Shown piece after piece: positions 38,910 through 49,202 of a DNA stretch of 64,000 nucleotides. Position 1 is the stretch's first letter; each line of letters begins with the position of its first letter. The stretch lies in contig CAWHIJ010000003.1 of the NCBI GenBank assembly GCA_963829525.1, positions 64,001-128,000 of the forward strand. The letters run 5' to 3'. A program made the translations under genes and the position numbers. The notes beneath the pieces were generated by a model, which saw nothing but the letters and a program-made list of their open reading frames with translations, was not told the DNA's origin and made no database searches. Source of the stretch: an uncultured Actinomycetota bacterium. Its GTDB lineage: Bacteria; Actinomycetota; Actinomycetes; JAHEKZ01.

Positions 38910-39946
38910 GGACGTCGCCCTGGCTCAAAGCTGAGAGTCAACACCAGACGGTGGGTCGCGACGGCTTCACCGCCCTTACCGTGCACGGCCATGGTGCTCT
39001 GCACGCTGTCCGCGCAGAAATCGCTGAGCTCGCCGCTCGATGCCAGCTGCCGACCACAGCGTCCGCTGACTGGATCTTCACCTCTCTCTCAGCCATCCCG
39101 TCAATGCAACCGTGGGCAGTACTTGTGCGTGACGACCACGGTGTCTTGCGTTCTTTCATCGTCTTGGCGGGGACCGACGAGAACCAGGTCCGGATCGTGG
39201 GCACCGACCAGGGCAACCGCGGAGCCATCGCCGCCGATAGTGCTGCTGCCGTCGAAGCGCTCGCTGAAGGGGTCCATCGATCACTGCGGAGCAGACCCCC
39301 CGGTGAGACCGTGGTTCTCGGCCCGGTGAATGCCCACCACCCGCACACCCAGATGTTTGCTGCCGCTCTGCCCGGATCAACACTGCTTGAGGACGACCCG
39401 ATCCCGTTGATCAGGAACGAGGGTCTGGCGCTCACTGAGTACCTTTCCAACGGGATGAGGCGGCAGCTGCGCAAGGCCTATAACCGACTCGAGACGGACG
39501 GGCTTGACTGGATCGTCACGGTGACCACCGACCCAGACGAGATCAGGAGGCACCTGCCTGTCCTGGAACGCTGTCATCGCGAGCGGGACCACGCCCACGG
39601 CCGCGCGAGCGCCCTCGATGACGAGCAAGGTCTGCAGCTGTGGCGGGCGCGCATCGAAGCCCTCTCCCGTGCCGGAGACCTCGAGCTTGCGACGCTTTCC
39701 ATCGGCGGCGAGTTCGCCGCACACACCCTCAGCATCTTTGACGACAACGTCTACCGGGTTCTCGAAGGTCGCTTCATCTCGAAGTGGGCTCGCTACTCAC
39801 CTGGACGCCTGCTCGAAGCCCACATCGTCGAACGAGTACTCAACGAAGAGTCCGTTGCGATTGTCGACTGGATGACCGCAACTGCCACGGAGAAGCTGTT
39901 GGCCACCAACGCCTCAGAACCCATGGTCTACGTGCACGTGCGCTGA
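38906..39946 (+). CDS. GNAT protein (CelD/BcsL-like acetyltransferase)
   Basis: YLS..MRRQLRKAYNRL and YSPGRLL motifs; GTGA overlap with the GGDEF-EAL gene. Confidence 0.75.
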   Translation: MRTSPWLKAESQHQTVGRDGFTALTVHGHGALHAVRAEIAELAARCQLPTTASADWIFTSLSAIPSMQPWAVLVRDDHGVLRSFIVLAGTDENQVRIVGTDQGNRGAIAADSAAAVEALAEGVHRSLRSRPPGETVVLGPVNAHHPHTQMFAAALPGSTLLEDDPIPLIRNEGLALTEYLSNGMRRQLRKAYNRLETDGLDWIVTVTTDPDEIRRHLPVLERCHRERDHAHGRASALDDEQGLQLWRARIEALSRAGDLELATLSIGGEFAAHTLSIFDDNVYRVLEGRFISKWARYSPGRLLEAHIVERVLNEESVAIVDWMTATATEKLLATNASEPMVYVHVR

Positions 39947-39949
39947 ACG

Positions 39950-39993
39950 ACACCGAGCCCCGGTCCGTGACCTGCTGGACCGAGGCTCGGTGT
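39950..39993. terminator. hairpin between convergent genes
   Basis: ACACCGAGCCCCGGTCC-N10-GGACCGAGGCTCGGTGT, 17-bp stem with one mismatch. Confidence 0.7.
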
Positions 39994-40012
39994 ATCGGAC
40001 GGAACGGCCCTC

Positions 40013-40918
40013 TTAGGCGGGTGCCACCGCGTTCCAAAGCCCCAACGGGTTCAGCACCGAACGCATCCACGCCTGCACCTCAGCGGTGTCGACGCGGTAC
40101 GGGAACCCCTGGCCACCGCAGCTCCAGTTCTTCACAAACGAGTTGACTGCGAGAACCGTGTTCGTGTCGCCAGCGAAGATGGGACCGCCGGAATCTCCGA
40201 AACAAGTTCCGACCCGGCCACCACCGAAGTTGGACGCGAGCTGGAGGTTGTAGCCAGCCGTGGTGGTGTTGCGAGTGTTGATGATGAAGGTCTTTCCCGT
40301 CAAACGCTCGCGGAACGACAGAGTGTTGTTGCCATTCTTGCCATTCGTACGGCTCACTCCGTAGCCAGAGACAGTGACGACTGCGTTGATGCCTGTACCA
40401 AGGTCGTCGGCAGCACCCACCACTGGCAGAGTGCCATAGGAGCTGATGCTGGGATAGACATCGTGAACAGCACCTGAGTCCAAAACGATGAGGCCGACGT
40501 CGTGCGTCTCAGGGATGGAGGCGAGGTCGGTGAACCCGTAGTTGTATAGGTGGGTCGACGTGACCCCGCCCGTGACCGGGTAGCCCGACGTGGCAGGAGT
40601 ACCAGTTACTGGGTCATAGTCAGCGCCAGCGTCCTGCTCGAACCAGATCCGTGCCAATGGGGCGACGTTACCTGCGTCATCGCCCGCAACGCAGTGTCCC
40701 GCGGTGAGGAACACCCGAGAGGAGAGCAATGTGCCGGTGCAACGGTGGAGGAATTCTCCATCAGCGTTGTAGAAGGCGACGAGGCCGACGTAAGGATGCT
40801 CGAAGTCTTGTTGGATGTTCGGGCCGGTAACCGCGCCGGATGGGGGGGCCAGTAGTGCTGAAGATGCCACGGCCAGGGCTAGTGGTGCCAGCACCCAGCG
40901 AGCGAGCTTTGAGAGCAT
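40013..40918 (-). CDS. secreted trypsin-like (S1) serine protease
   Basis: Signal peptide; LTAGHC, HDVGL, GDSGGP triad. Confidence 0.93.
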   Translation of the reverse strand: MLSKLARWVLAPLALAVASSALLAPPSGAVTGPNIQQDFEHPYVGLVAFYNADGEFLHRCTGTLLSSRVFLTAGHCVAGDDAGNVAPLARIWFEQDAGADYDPVTGTPATSGYPVTGGVTSTHLYNYGFTDLASIPETHDVGLIVLDSGAVHDVYPSISSYGTLPVVGAADDLGTGINAVVTVSGYGVSRTNGKNGNNTLSFRERLTGKTFIINTRNTTTAGYNLQLASNFGGGRVGTCFGDSGGPIFAGDTNTVLAVNSFVKNWSCGGQGFPYRVDTAEVQAWMRSVLNPLGLWNAVAPA

Positions 40919-41070
40919 GTAACGCTCCTTCACTTGTTGACGTTCATGATCGGACTTCTGGAAAACACCTCGCATCTACCCCGATGGTGTCGTTCTAAGC
41001 ACCGTTTGCCTAGTCCCCTTGCGCAGCGCATGAGCGACCAAGCCGACCGGGAACCACAGTCAGGACCGTG

Positions 41071-41730
41071 TCATCGACGCCCCTTGATGCGGCCCGTCTC
41101 GTAGGCCCACATCGCCAGCTCCACCCTGTTGCGGGCCCCGAGCTTGTTCATCAGGGCGGTGAGGTGCGTCTTCACCGTGCTCAGGCTGATGTTCAGCTCG
41201 TCGGCGATCTCTGAGTTCGTGCGGCCGCGAGCAACCGTGAGGAGCACCCCTTCCTCGCGGTCGGTCAGCGGGGCGATCGGTTGGGCGGGCGATTGACCCG
41301 TCGGCTCGCTGAATGCCGCGAGCAGCCTGATGGTGATGTTGGGGGCGATCAACGCATCCCCGTTCGCGGCAGCACGGACCGCCTGGATGAGCAGCTCCGG
41401 TCCGGCGTCCTTGAGCAGGAAACCCCTCGCACCCGCCTTGAGTGCCCCATGCACGTACTCATCGAGGTCGAATGTCGTGATGACCACCACCGCCATCGGT
41501 TCGGCCACGTCGGGACCGGCCAGCTGACGCGTTGCCTCAAGGCCGTCCATCTCTGGCATGCGGATGTCGAACAGACAGACGTCCGGACGCAGCTCACGGG
41601 CGAGTTCGACGGCCGTCAGCCCGTCAGCAGCCTGGCCGACGACCTCGATGTCGCTGTGGGCGTCGAGGATCATGACCAGTCCAGTGCGCACGATCTCCTG
41701 GTCGTCGGCGACCAGCACTCGGATCGTCAT
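41071..41730 (-). CDS. NarL/LuxR response regulator
   Basis: ADDQ, DIRMP, TTFD, LTDRE...TVKTH. Confidence 0.95.
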   Translation of the reverse strand: MTIRVLVADDQEIVRTGLVMILDAHSDIEVVGQAADGLTAVELARELRPDVCLFDIRMPEMDGLEATRQLAGPDVAEPMAVVVITTFDLDEYVHGALKAGARGFLLKDAGPELLIQAVRAAANGDALIAPNITIRLLAAFSEPTGQSPAQPIAPLTDREEGVLLTVARGRTNSEIADELNISLSTVKTHLTALMNKLGARNRVELAMWAYETGRIKGRR

Positions 41731-42872
41731 GCGTAACCCCCGTTACGAGGCAGGACGGCAGTGACCCGCCAGCCTCCCTCGCGCTGCGGACCCGCCTCGA
41801 ATGTCCCACCGAGCAGCGCCGCGCGCTCACGCATCCCGAGCAAGCCGTAGCCCTGGCGGTCGGAGGTCGATGTTGACGGTGCACCGTCGTCGATGACCGT
41901 CAGGCCGATGTCACCCTCACCCGCGTGGACCCGGACATCGACGCGCGTGGCCCCGCGCGCGTGCCGGACGGCGTTGGTGATCGACTCCTGGGCCATCCGG
42001 TACACCGCTGCATCGACCGCCGAACTGAGACCGTCCATAGAGCCCGCGATGTGCACGGCGATGACGGGAGAGTGATCGTCGGGCGCGAGCTGCGGGATGT
42101 CGCGAATGCCGCGTTGTGGGGTCAGGTCGGCGTCCTCGCCCCTCCGCAGCGCCCCCACCATGACCCGCATCTCGGTGAGAGCCCGCGAGGCCTCCTCCTC
42201 GATGATCCGCAGTGAGTCGATGGCGCGCTCGGGGTCAGTGGCGGACACATAGCGGCCGGCCTGCGCACGTACGGCGATGGCTGACACGTGGTGCGCCACG
42301 GAGTCGTGCAGGTCGCGTGCGAGCTGTTCGCGTTCACGTAGCTTGACCTGCTCCTTCTCCTGCGCGTGCATCCGGGACTGCAGTCGCACCAGGACGCCGA
42401 GGACCGCGGGGAACAGGCCGAAGAGCAGGCCGGCGCCGGACTCTCCGAAGTTGGTGTAGTCGGCAGCGATCCCCAGGACGTACGTCGTCATGATCAGGGG
42501 CAGACCGAGCAACACGTCTCGACCGCTTCCCCAGCGCAGCAGTGCGTAGGGGAGAAGGAGAATGAACCCGTTCGTGTACAGGCCTACGGGTGCCACCCCG
42601 CTCGCCAACGATGCAGTAGACAGCGCCGCCAGAGGCATGAAGGCGATCGCCACCATGAGCAGCGGATGCGTCCGACGCCACAGCAGCGTCCACACCAGGG
42701 TCAGGGCCAGGATCAGTGCTACGGGACGCCACAGCACGTCACTGCGCAGCGTCCCTTCGAGCAGCGCAGACAGGGACAGCGCCCCGACCAGCACCCAGTC
42801 GCGCCATACCCGCGCGGGAGCGCCGGGGGCACGAGGTTCGTCCCACAGCGAGCGAAAGGTCTCTGACAGCAC
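41727..42872 (-). CDS. HisKA_3 sensor histidine kinase
   Basis: ARDLHDSVAH, QESITNAVRHA, GYGLLGMRER. Confidence 0.95.
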   Translation of the reverse strand: MLSETFRSLWDEPRAPGAPARVWRDWVLVGALSLSALLEGTLRSDVLWRPVALILALTLVWTLLWRRTHPLLMVAIAFMPLAALSTASLASGVAPVGLYTNGFILLLPYALLRWGSGRDVLLGLPLIMTTYVLGIAADYTNFGESGAGLLFGLFPAVLGVLVRLQSRMHAQEKEQVKLREREQLARDLHDSVAHHVSAIAVRAQAGRYVSATDPERAIDSLRIIEEEASRALTEMRVMVGALRRGEDADLTPQRGIRDIPQLAPDDHSPVIAVHIAGSMDGLSSAVDAAVYRMAQESITNAVRHARGATRVDVRVHAGEGDIGLTVIDDGAPSTSTSDRQGYGLLGMRERAALLGGTFEAGPQREGGWRVTAVLPRNGGYA

Positions 42873-43011
42873 GCGATCACAGTAGGGGTGCGTGCGCTTC
42901 AGCGACTCGGCCGAAAGTTCTAGACGTGTCCTGGCGGATAGGCCGGGACAGCTCGCGCCTGCTGGCCGATGCCCGCGCTCAGTTTTCTGGCGATGCTCGA
43001 GGTGTCTCGGT

Positions 43012-43046
<35 letters not shown>

Positions 43047-43065
43047 GCAACCTCGAGGAGCTGTG

Positions 43066-45237
43066 ATGTCAGGTCTGTTGCACCGGTGGGGTCGACTGGC
43101 CGCCAGACGTCCGTGGCGCGTGATCGGGGTCTGGCTCGTCGTGGTCGTCGCTGTGCTGGCTGCGTCAGCTGGATTCGGTCGAGAGCTCGAGGACTCGTTC
43201 GTGGTACCTGGCCTCGACTCCCAGCAGGCAGTGGACCTGCAGGTCGCGGCCGCGTCGGACCGCGCCGGTCTGACCGCTCAGGTCGTCGTCACTCCGCTGG
43301 ACGACGACACCCGGCTGGACGTGGCGTCGGCAGTGCGTTCGGCCACCGACGACCTGGAGGCGGCACTGGCGGACCTGCCGCAGGTGCTCGGGACGACCCG
43401 CACCGTTTCGGCCGACGGTCAGGTTGCGCTGATCCGGGTTCAGTACCCCGTGGTCGAGCAGCTGGACCCCGAGCACCTCGACGCACTCAAGCAGGTGGTC
43501 ACCAACTTTGGCGAGGACTCGGTGCTGCAGGTGGAGGCGAGCGGCGACCTGTTCTTTGCCTTCGAGGAGGCACCGACTGGTGTGGGTGAGGTGCTGGGTC
43601 TGCTCGCTGCCGTGGTCATCCTGCTGGTCGCCTTCGGGTCGGTGCTGGCCATGGGTCTGCCGATCGGCATCGCGCTCATCGGATTGACGGTCAGCGTCAG
43701 CGGTCTGTCCCTCATCACCTATCTGGTGGACATCCCCAGCTTCGCACCCGTGGTGGGAGCCATGGTGGGCCTGGGGGTCGGGATCGACTACGCGCTCTTC
43801 GTGGTCACGCGGCACCGTGAGTACCTCGCCGAGGGCCTCGAAGTGCCCGAGGCCGCTGGGCGCGCTGTGGCGACCGCCGGCCAGTCGGTGATCTTCGCCG
43901 GCGGCGTGGTCGTCGTCGCCATCCTCGGTCTGGCTGTCTCAGGCATTCCCTTCATGACAGCGACCGGCATCGCGGTCTCGGTCGTCGTCGGCACGATGGT
44001 GGTGGCTGCGGTCACCTTGCTCCCTGCTCTGCTGGGGCTGGCTGGCCACCGGATCAACGGCCTCCGGCCCGGACGCCGGCAACGCCAGGAGAAGCGCGGC
44101 TCCGACCGAACCTGGCAACGATGGGGCGGTCATGTGTCGGCGCACGCCTGGGTCTACGCCGTCGGCGCGACGGCCCTGCTCGTGGCCCTCGCGGCACCGG
44201 CCCTGTCACTGCGTCTGGGCTTCCCGGACGAAGGCGCCCTGCCTGACAGCCGAACCGAGCGCCAGGCCTACGACATGCTCGCCGACGGCTTCGGCGCGGG
44301 AGTCAACGGGCCGCTGGTCATCGCAGTGGACACCTCGGCCGACCCCGCGGTCGTCGAGCCGTTGACCGCGGCGGTTGCTGCAGATCCGGGAATCGCCTCC
44401 GTGGCGCCACCTGAGTTCAGCGCGGATGGAGCGGTGGCGACGCTGGTGGCCATTCCGTCGACCCCGCCGCAGGACGCCACGACCATGAGGACCGTCGAGC
44501 GGCTCCGCAGCGAGGTCTTCCCCGCGGCGCTGCAGAACAGCCCGGCTACAGCTCATGTCGGCGGACAGACCGCCACCTGGGGTGACCTGGGCGGCCGAGT
44601 CGGTGATCGACTTCCGTGGTTCATCGCTGCCGTCGTTCTGCTCTCCTTCCTGCTACTGACCATCGTCTTCCGCTCGGTCCTGGTGCCGCTCAAGGCGGCG
44701 CTCATGAACCTGCTGAGCATCGGTGCTGCCTACGGCGTCCTCGTCATGGTCTTCCAGTGGGGGTGGGGCAAGGACCTCATCGGGCTGGAGGAAACCGTTC
44801 CGATCATCGCGTTCATCCCGATGCTGATGTTCGCGATCCTGTTCGGGCTGTCGATGGACTACGAGGTCTTCCTGCTGAGCAGAGTCCGGGAGGAGTACCA
44901 GCTGAGGGGCGACAACGAGGCATCGGTCGTGCAGGCCATCGCGCGCACCGGCCGGGTGATCACGAGCGCTGCCCTCATCATGATCGCGGTGTTCTTCGGA
45001 TTCATGCTCGGCGATGACCCGGCCATCAAGATGATGGGGCTGGGTTTGGCCACCGCGATCCTCCTGGACGCCACAGTGGTACGCCTCGTCCTGGTGCCGG
45101 CCACCATGAAGCTGCTGGGGAACGCCAACTGGTGGCTGCCCGACTGGATGGACCGGGTGCTTCCGACCTTCGACCATGAGGGCCGGGGGGAGCAGCCCCG
45201 GCCGTTGGAGCCCGTACCCGCCAGCATCGTCGGGTGA
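43066..45237 (+). CDS. MMPL/RND family transporter
   Basis: GVGIDYALF and FGLSMDYEVFL; GAGGAG RBS; divergent from the two-component system. Confidence 0.95.
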   Translation: MSGLLHRWGRLAARRPWRVIGVWLVVVVAVLAASAGFGRELEDSFVVPGLDSQQAVDLQVAAASDRAGLTAQVVVTPLDDDTRLDVASAVRSATDDLEAALADLPQVLGTTRTVSADGQVALIRVQYPVVEQLDPEHLDALKQVVTNFGEDSVLQVEASGDLFFAFEEAPTGVGEVLGLLAAVVILLVAFGSVLAMGLPIGIALIGLTVSVSGLSLITYLVDIPSFAPVVGAMVGLGVGIDYALFVVTRHREYLAEGLEVPEAAGRAVATAGQSVIFAGGVVVVAILGLAVSGIPFMTATGIAVSVVVGTMVVAAVTLLPALLGLAGHRINGLRPGRRQRQEKRGSDRTWQRWGGHVSAHAWVYAVGATALLVALAAPALSLRLGFPDEGALPDSRTERQAYDMLADGFGAGVNGPLVIAVDTSADPAVVEPLTAAVAADPGIASVAPPEFSADGAVATLVAIPSTPPQDATTMRTVERLRSEVFPAALQNSPATAHVGGQTATWGDLGGRVGDRLPWFIAAVVLLSFLLLTIVFRSVLVPLKAALMNLLSIGAAYGVLVMVFQWGWGKDLIGLEETVPIIAFIPMLMFAILFGLSMDYEVFLLSRVREEYQLRGDNEASVVQAIARTGRVITSAALIMIAVFFGFMLGDDPAIKMMGLGLATAILLDATVVRLVLVPATMKLLGNANWWLPDWMDRVLPTFDHEGRGEQPRPLEPVPASIVG

Positions 45238-45513
45238 CCTTAGGGCACCTAGCTCACGCGTCGGCTCCGACTCGCTCTCGAAGTTCACCGGCTTGGCGAG
45301 GACGCGGCGCACCATCGGCTCGAAAACGCCGCCACATCGGTCACGGTCTCACCATCGGCAAGAAGACCAGCCACAGTGATCTCCCTCGTCCAGGGAGTGT
45401 TACCAATCAACCGAAACAGCTGTAACCCATCAGCCGAAACACTGTCCGGGATCAACCGAAGGCCAAACGTCACCTATCAACCGGAGTAATACAGGAACCA
45501 AACATCAAGCGAG

Positions 45514-45586
45514 TGGGCCGCCAGGGACTCGAACCCTGAACCTACGGATTAAAAGTCCGCAGCTCTGCCAATTGAGCTAGCGGCCC
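45514..45586 (-). tRNA. tRNA-Lys(UUU)
   Basis: GGGCCGCTAGCTCAATTGGCAGAGC...CTTTTAA...GGTTCGAGTCC...GCGGCCCA cloverleaf. Confidence 0.97.
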
Positions 45587-45736
45587 GCGAGGTGTGCCTC
45601 GACGACAGAACGCTACCGCTAACCGTTTGGCCGTCACGCATGACGGACCACCTGGCGTTGCGCGTTCGCGGGCGCGGATGCGTTACAGAACTGCGGGTCA
45701 GCACGCCGGGGCCCAGACATAACTCACACCACCCGA

Positions 45737-47731
45737 TCAGGACTTGATCGGTAGCCGAACGAACGGGCCGCTCTCAAGTCGCAGCGGTCCGATCACTTTG
45801 AGTGTCAACTTCTCCTGTCCACGACGGATGGAGACCGTGGTGTGGAACGTGCCGCGAGCGTTGAAGACCACTGGCAAACGCTGCGTGCGGTCTCCGCGCC
45901 TGAGAACGAGAGCAGCGTGCTCGCCGACACAGGTGGGAGAGCCACAGACTCGATCGGCCAGCAGTGGGCTAAGCGATCCTTCCAACTCAGCCTGCTGCGG
46001 CGCGAGCGCAGCAATCCAGGCGACGTGCGAGCCGAACAGTGCCGGCGAGTCCCGGTTAACCCGCTGCCATCGCGACCCTATGTACCGGCCCTCATCGTCG
46101 CGATTAACCTGCAGCAGCACGACGTGAGCGTCCAGCCACCGACCGCGGAGCCACGGCCCCGAGTCCTGCAACCGTACGGTCATCCCAGTTGGGAAGGGTT
46201 GGTCCGGATCGACGCGAACCTTGCCTTGGCCACCGCCCCTGCTGTCGTTGTAGTCGACGAAGGCTGTGATCTTGTCCACCTTGCTCGTGTCATCCGGGAC
46301 GTTCCAGGTGATACGCATCCGGTCGCCCGAGCGGGTCATGTGGATCCCGGTGAGGCGTGCGGGAGGAACCTCGGTGAACGATTCTGGCGACTGCGGGTAC
46401 GTGACGAGATCCCCGGACGGTAAGTGGGCTGTCACCGTCCACCAGCTTCCAGCCGGTAGGAGCACATTGGCTCGCACGGTCATGCCATCGACATCGGTAA
46501 CCGTCACTCCTTCGTCGGTATACGCCGAGACGGTATATCCAAGTACGGCACCCGCATGCGGCGGCGTCCACGACACAACTGCGGCGTCCCCCGTGTCACC
46601 CCATACATCCTGGTACCACGTCGCCATGAAGTTCTGAGGCACAGCCTCTGGCCCTGCCACACCAACGGCAGCAGCCACGTCGACGATTCCGAAACCACTC
46701 TCGGGGTCGCGCCCCGAGATCCCAATGTCCTGTGCCGTGGAGGTCAGCCGGTCAGCTACCTGTTGGGCAGTCCAGGAAGGGTGCTGCTCGATCACCAGCG
46801 CGGCGGACCCGGCCACGATCGGGGCCGCCATCGACGTACCACTGGCCAGCAGGTGGGGACTCGCGCTCACGTCCGCAACTGTGGAGTCGACGGAGAGGAT
46901 GTCCTCACCCGGCGCCGCGATGTCGACAGCAGCGTCGTAGGAAGACCAGTAGGTGCGGTCAAAAGTCGGCGAGAGCGCCGCGACCGTAACTGCGCCCGGG
47001 CACGCCGCCGGCTTCATCTCGGGGTTCCCCCAGGTTCCTTCATTGCCGGCAGATGCCACCACGACCACGCCGGACTCAGTTGCGGTGTTAACCGACGTGC
47101 ACAGCGTGTCCAGAGCCTTCAGATACCTCTTGGTGTACTCATTTCCGGGCGCAACGCCGCTGGACGCACCTCCTAGCGACATGTTGACCACCCTGGCTCC
47201 GTGGACGGCGGCGAAGTCAATTCCCGCGGCCACCATCTTGAAGAACTGAGGGGAGCCGTCGATGGCGTTACGCCTGGGCTCGAGGTCGATGGGCATTATC
47301 TGCGCATCGGGGGCGATACCAGTCACGCCATTGCCGTCGTCGTCGGCGGCCGCAATTCCGGACACGTGCGACCCGTGGCCATACCAATCGTCGGACGTCT
47401 GTTCCACCGTGGCCGGGACTAGGACGGGTTTGCCGTCCTCGTCACTTCGCAGGATGGCCCCAGCGACAACTCGACCCTCGAGGTCGGGATGGCTCGCATC
47501 CACGCCGGTATCGATCACGGCGATCGTGACCCCGGTGCCTGTCGCTTCCGCATGCGCCTGCTCAGCGTTCGTCGCCGGCAACATCCACTGGTACCCGGTC
47601 AGGTCCCCGAGGACTACCGGCCCAATCGTTGAGGGGTAGGAGTCTGCATCAGCCAGTGCCAGCGAAGGCAAGCCCAAGGATGCCAACACGACCGATACGG
47701 AGAAGATTGAAAGAACGCGTGCAGTACGCAT
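45737..47731 (-). CDS. secreted S8 subtilisin-like serine protease with C-terminal extension
   Basis: Signal peptide; IDTG, HGSHVSG, GTSMAAP. Confidence 0.93.
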   Translation of the reverse strand: MRTARVLSIFSVSVVLASLGLPSLALADADSYPSTIGPVVLGDLTGYQWMLPATNAEQAHAEATGTGVTIAVIDTGVDASHPDLEGRVVAGAILRSDEDGKPVLVPATVEQTSDDWYGHGSHVSGIAAADDDGNGVTGIAPDAQIMPIDLEPRRNAIDGSPQFFKMVAAGIDFAAVHGARVVNMSLGGASSGVAPGNEYTKRYLKALDTLCTSVNTATESGVVVVASAGNEGTWGNPEMKPAACPGAVTVAALSPTFDRTYWSSYDAAVDIAAPGEDILSVDSTVADVSASPHLLASGTSMAAPIVAGSAALVIEQHPSWTAQQVADRLTSTAQDIGISGRDPESGFGIVDVAAAVGVAGPEAVPQNFMATWYQDVWGDTGDAAVVSWTPPHAGAVLGYTVSAYTDEGVTVTDVDGMTVRANVLLPAGSWWTVTAHLPSGDLVTYPQSPESFTEVPPARLTGIHMTRSGDRMRITWNVPDDTSKVDKITAFVDYNDSRGGGQGKVRVDPDQPFPTGMTVRLQDSGPWLRGRWLDAHVVLLQVNRDDEGRYIGSRWQRVNRDSPALFGSHVAWIAALAPQQAELEGSLSPLLADRVCGSPTCVGEHAALVLRRGDRTQRLPVVFNARGTFHTTVSIRRGQEKLTLKVIGPLRLESGPFVRLPIKS

Positions 47732-48043
47732 CCGAGGCACCCCCTCGGTGAACCCGACGGGGCCTAGCGCACCCGTTCGGGCATCTCTCACGCTAGGCCG
47801 ACCGATGCCACAACGGCAGAGTCGCTGGTCCTCCGTCCGGACGCCCGGGCCGCCGATCCGAATGTCGCAACCCTGCGTGTCCGTACCGTCACGCAGCGCC
47901 GACCAAGCGGCGTCCACAGCCCACTGCCTCACTGTGACTCATCTCTCATTTCTTCGACAAAGTCGCAGGAGGGTGTCTGATTTGTACCTTTCCGCCCTGT
48001 GGACGTTCCACAGCGAGGTTGGCGGGGTGTCCCCGGCCGTGGT

Positions 48044-48200
48044 TAGTGTCTTGCCTCGTTGCGTCCGATCGGACGCGGCCCGCCATGGGCCACTGCGCCG
48101 GGATTCCCCGCCGGCGCTGACAGTCGGGATGAAGCCCGTAGGACCCGCGCAGCCCTTGTTGCGCTGTGCTTCTGCCCGATCCGTACGAGCTCTGGAGCTA
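48044..48200 (+). promoter_or_regulatory. -10 box and highly structured 5' leader of rpfB
   Basis: TAGTGT at 48044 followed by five consecutive hairpins (see findings). Confidence 0.5.
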
Positions 48201-48201
48201 C

Positions 48202-49179
48202 ATGTTCGTCTCGCGTCTGACGCAGGGTGGCGCATCACTGCGCGCCTTTGGCTCAGCAGCCATCGGCACCGCGGTCATCGCAGCCGGCTTGGTCACCACG
48301 GCCACGCCCGCCTCCGCTACAGATGGTGCCGCCACCTTGACCTTGACCGTCGACGGGGTGAGCACGTCGGTCACCACGACGACAGCGACAGTGAGCGACC
48401 TCCTCACCGAGCGGTCAGTCCCGTTCGACGCGACCGACCTGATCAGCCCCAACTTCCAGGCCCCGCTCTTCGACGGCATGTCTGTCTCGTGGACTCCCGC
48501 CAAGCGTGTGTACGTTCGCGACAACGGCGAGCGCACCGCCCACAAGGTGGTGGGCGACACGGTTCGCGAGGTCACCAATGAGCTCAATCTCCCCACCGGT
48601 AGCGCAAAGGAGCGTCGCCGCGACGCCTACTCCTACGAAGATGCGCAGATGTACGGACCAGGCGGAACCCAGTTGGCTGCCGATGCGTTAGTTCGGGAGA
48701 ACAGCGTCGCCATCGTCCACAAGATCCGGTTCGCATTCCCTGACAGGTACCTGCGTATCGAGCGCAAGGTGGTCAAGGACCGCAGCCCACTGGTTCGCTC
48801 AGGTGGAATCCGCGTCCTCAAGGACGGCCGCGACGGACGCAAACACGTCGTCTACCGCAAGCGCTTCGTCGACGGCGAGCTGATGTCGAAGCGCATCGTG
48901 AAGTCGAACGTGGTGCGTGACGCCGACAGGCGCGTCGTACTCGTCGGCACCGGCCCGAACTGGGTCGGCCTGGCCGCCTGTGAGTCCGGCGGCAACCCCA
49001 ACGCGGTCAACCCCGCCGGCTTCTACGGCCTCTACCAGTTCTCCATCTCCACGTGGCGTTCGGTTGGCGGTAGGGGAATCCCCACCGACTACGGTTACTG
49101 GGAGCAGACCAAGCGGGCCTGGAAGCTCCTCAAGATCTCCGGCCCCTCGTCCTGGCCGGTCTGCGGTAGCCGGCTCTAG
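48202..49179 (+). CDS. rpfB: resuscitation-promoting factor RpfB-like (DUF348 + G5 + transglycosylase)
   Basis: LTVDG..TVSDLL (DUF348), DGRDG..VVLVGT (G5), W..LAACESGGN...GLYQF...WPVCG (Rpf). Confidence 0.9.
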   Translation: MFVSRLTQGGASLRAFGSAAIGTAVIAAGLVTTATPASATDGAATLTLTVDGVSTSVTTTTATVSDLLTERSVPFDATDLISPNFQAPLFDGMSVSWTPAKRVYVRDNGERTAHKVVGDTVREVTNELNLPTGSAKERRRDAYSYEDAQMYGPGGTQLAADALVRENSVAIVHKIRFAFPDRYLRIERKVVKDRSPLVRSGGIRVLKDGRDGRKHVVYRKRFVDGELMSKRIVKSNVVRDADRRVVLVGTGPNWVGLAACESGGNPNAVNPAGFYGLYQFSISTWRSVGGRGIPTDYGYWEQTKRAWKLLKISGPSSWPVCGSRL

Positions 49180-49202
49180 CCACACCCACCCGGAGGCTGA
49201 CG

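Noticed and set aside
48095-48140. FMN or c-di-AMP riboswitch before rpfB
   Set aside because: Only short similarities (ATTCCCCGCCGGCG, ACAGTCGGGATGAAG); the full conserved cores are absent and the gene context does not fit FMN.
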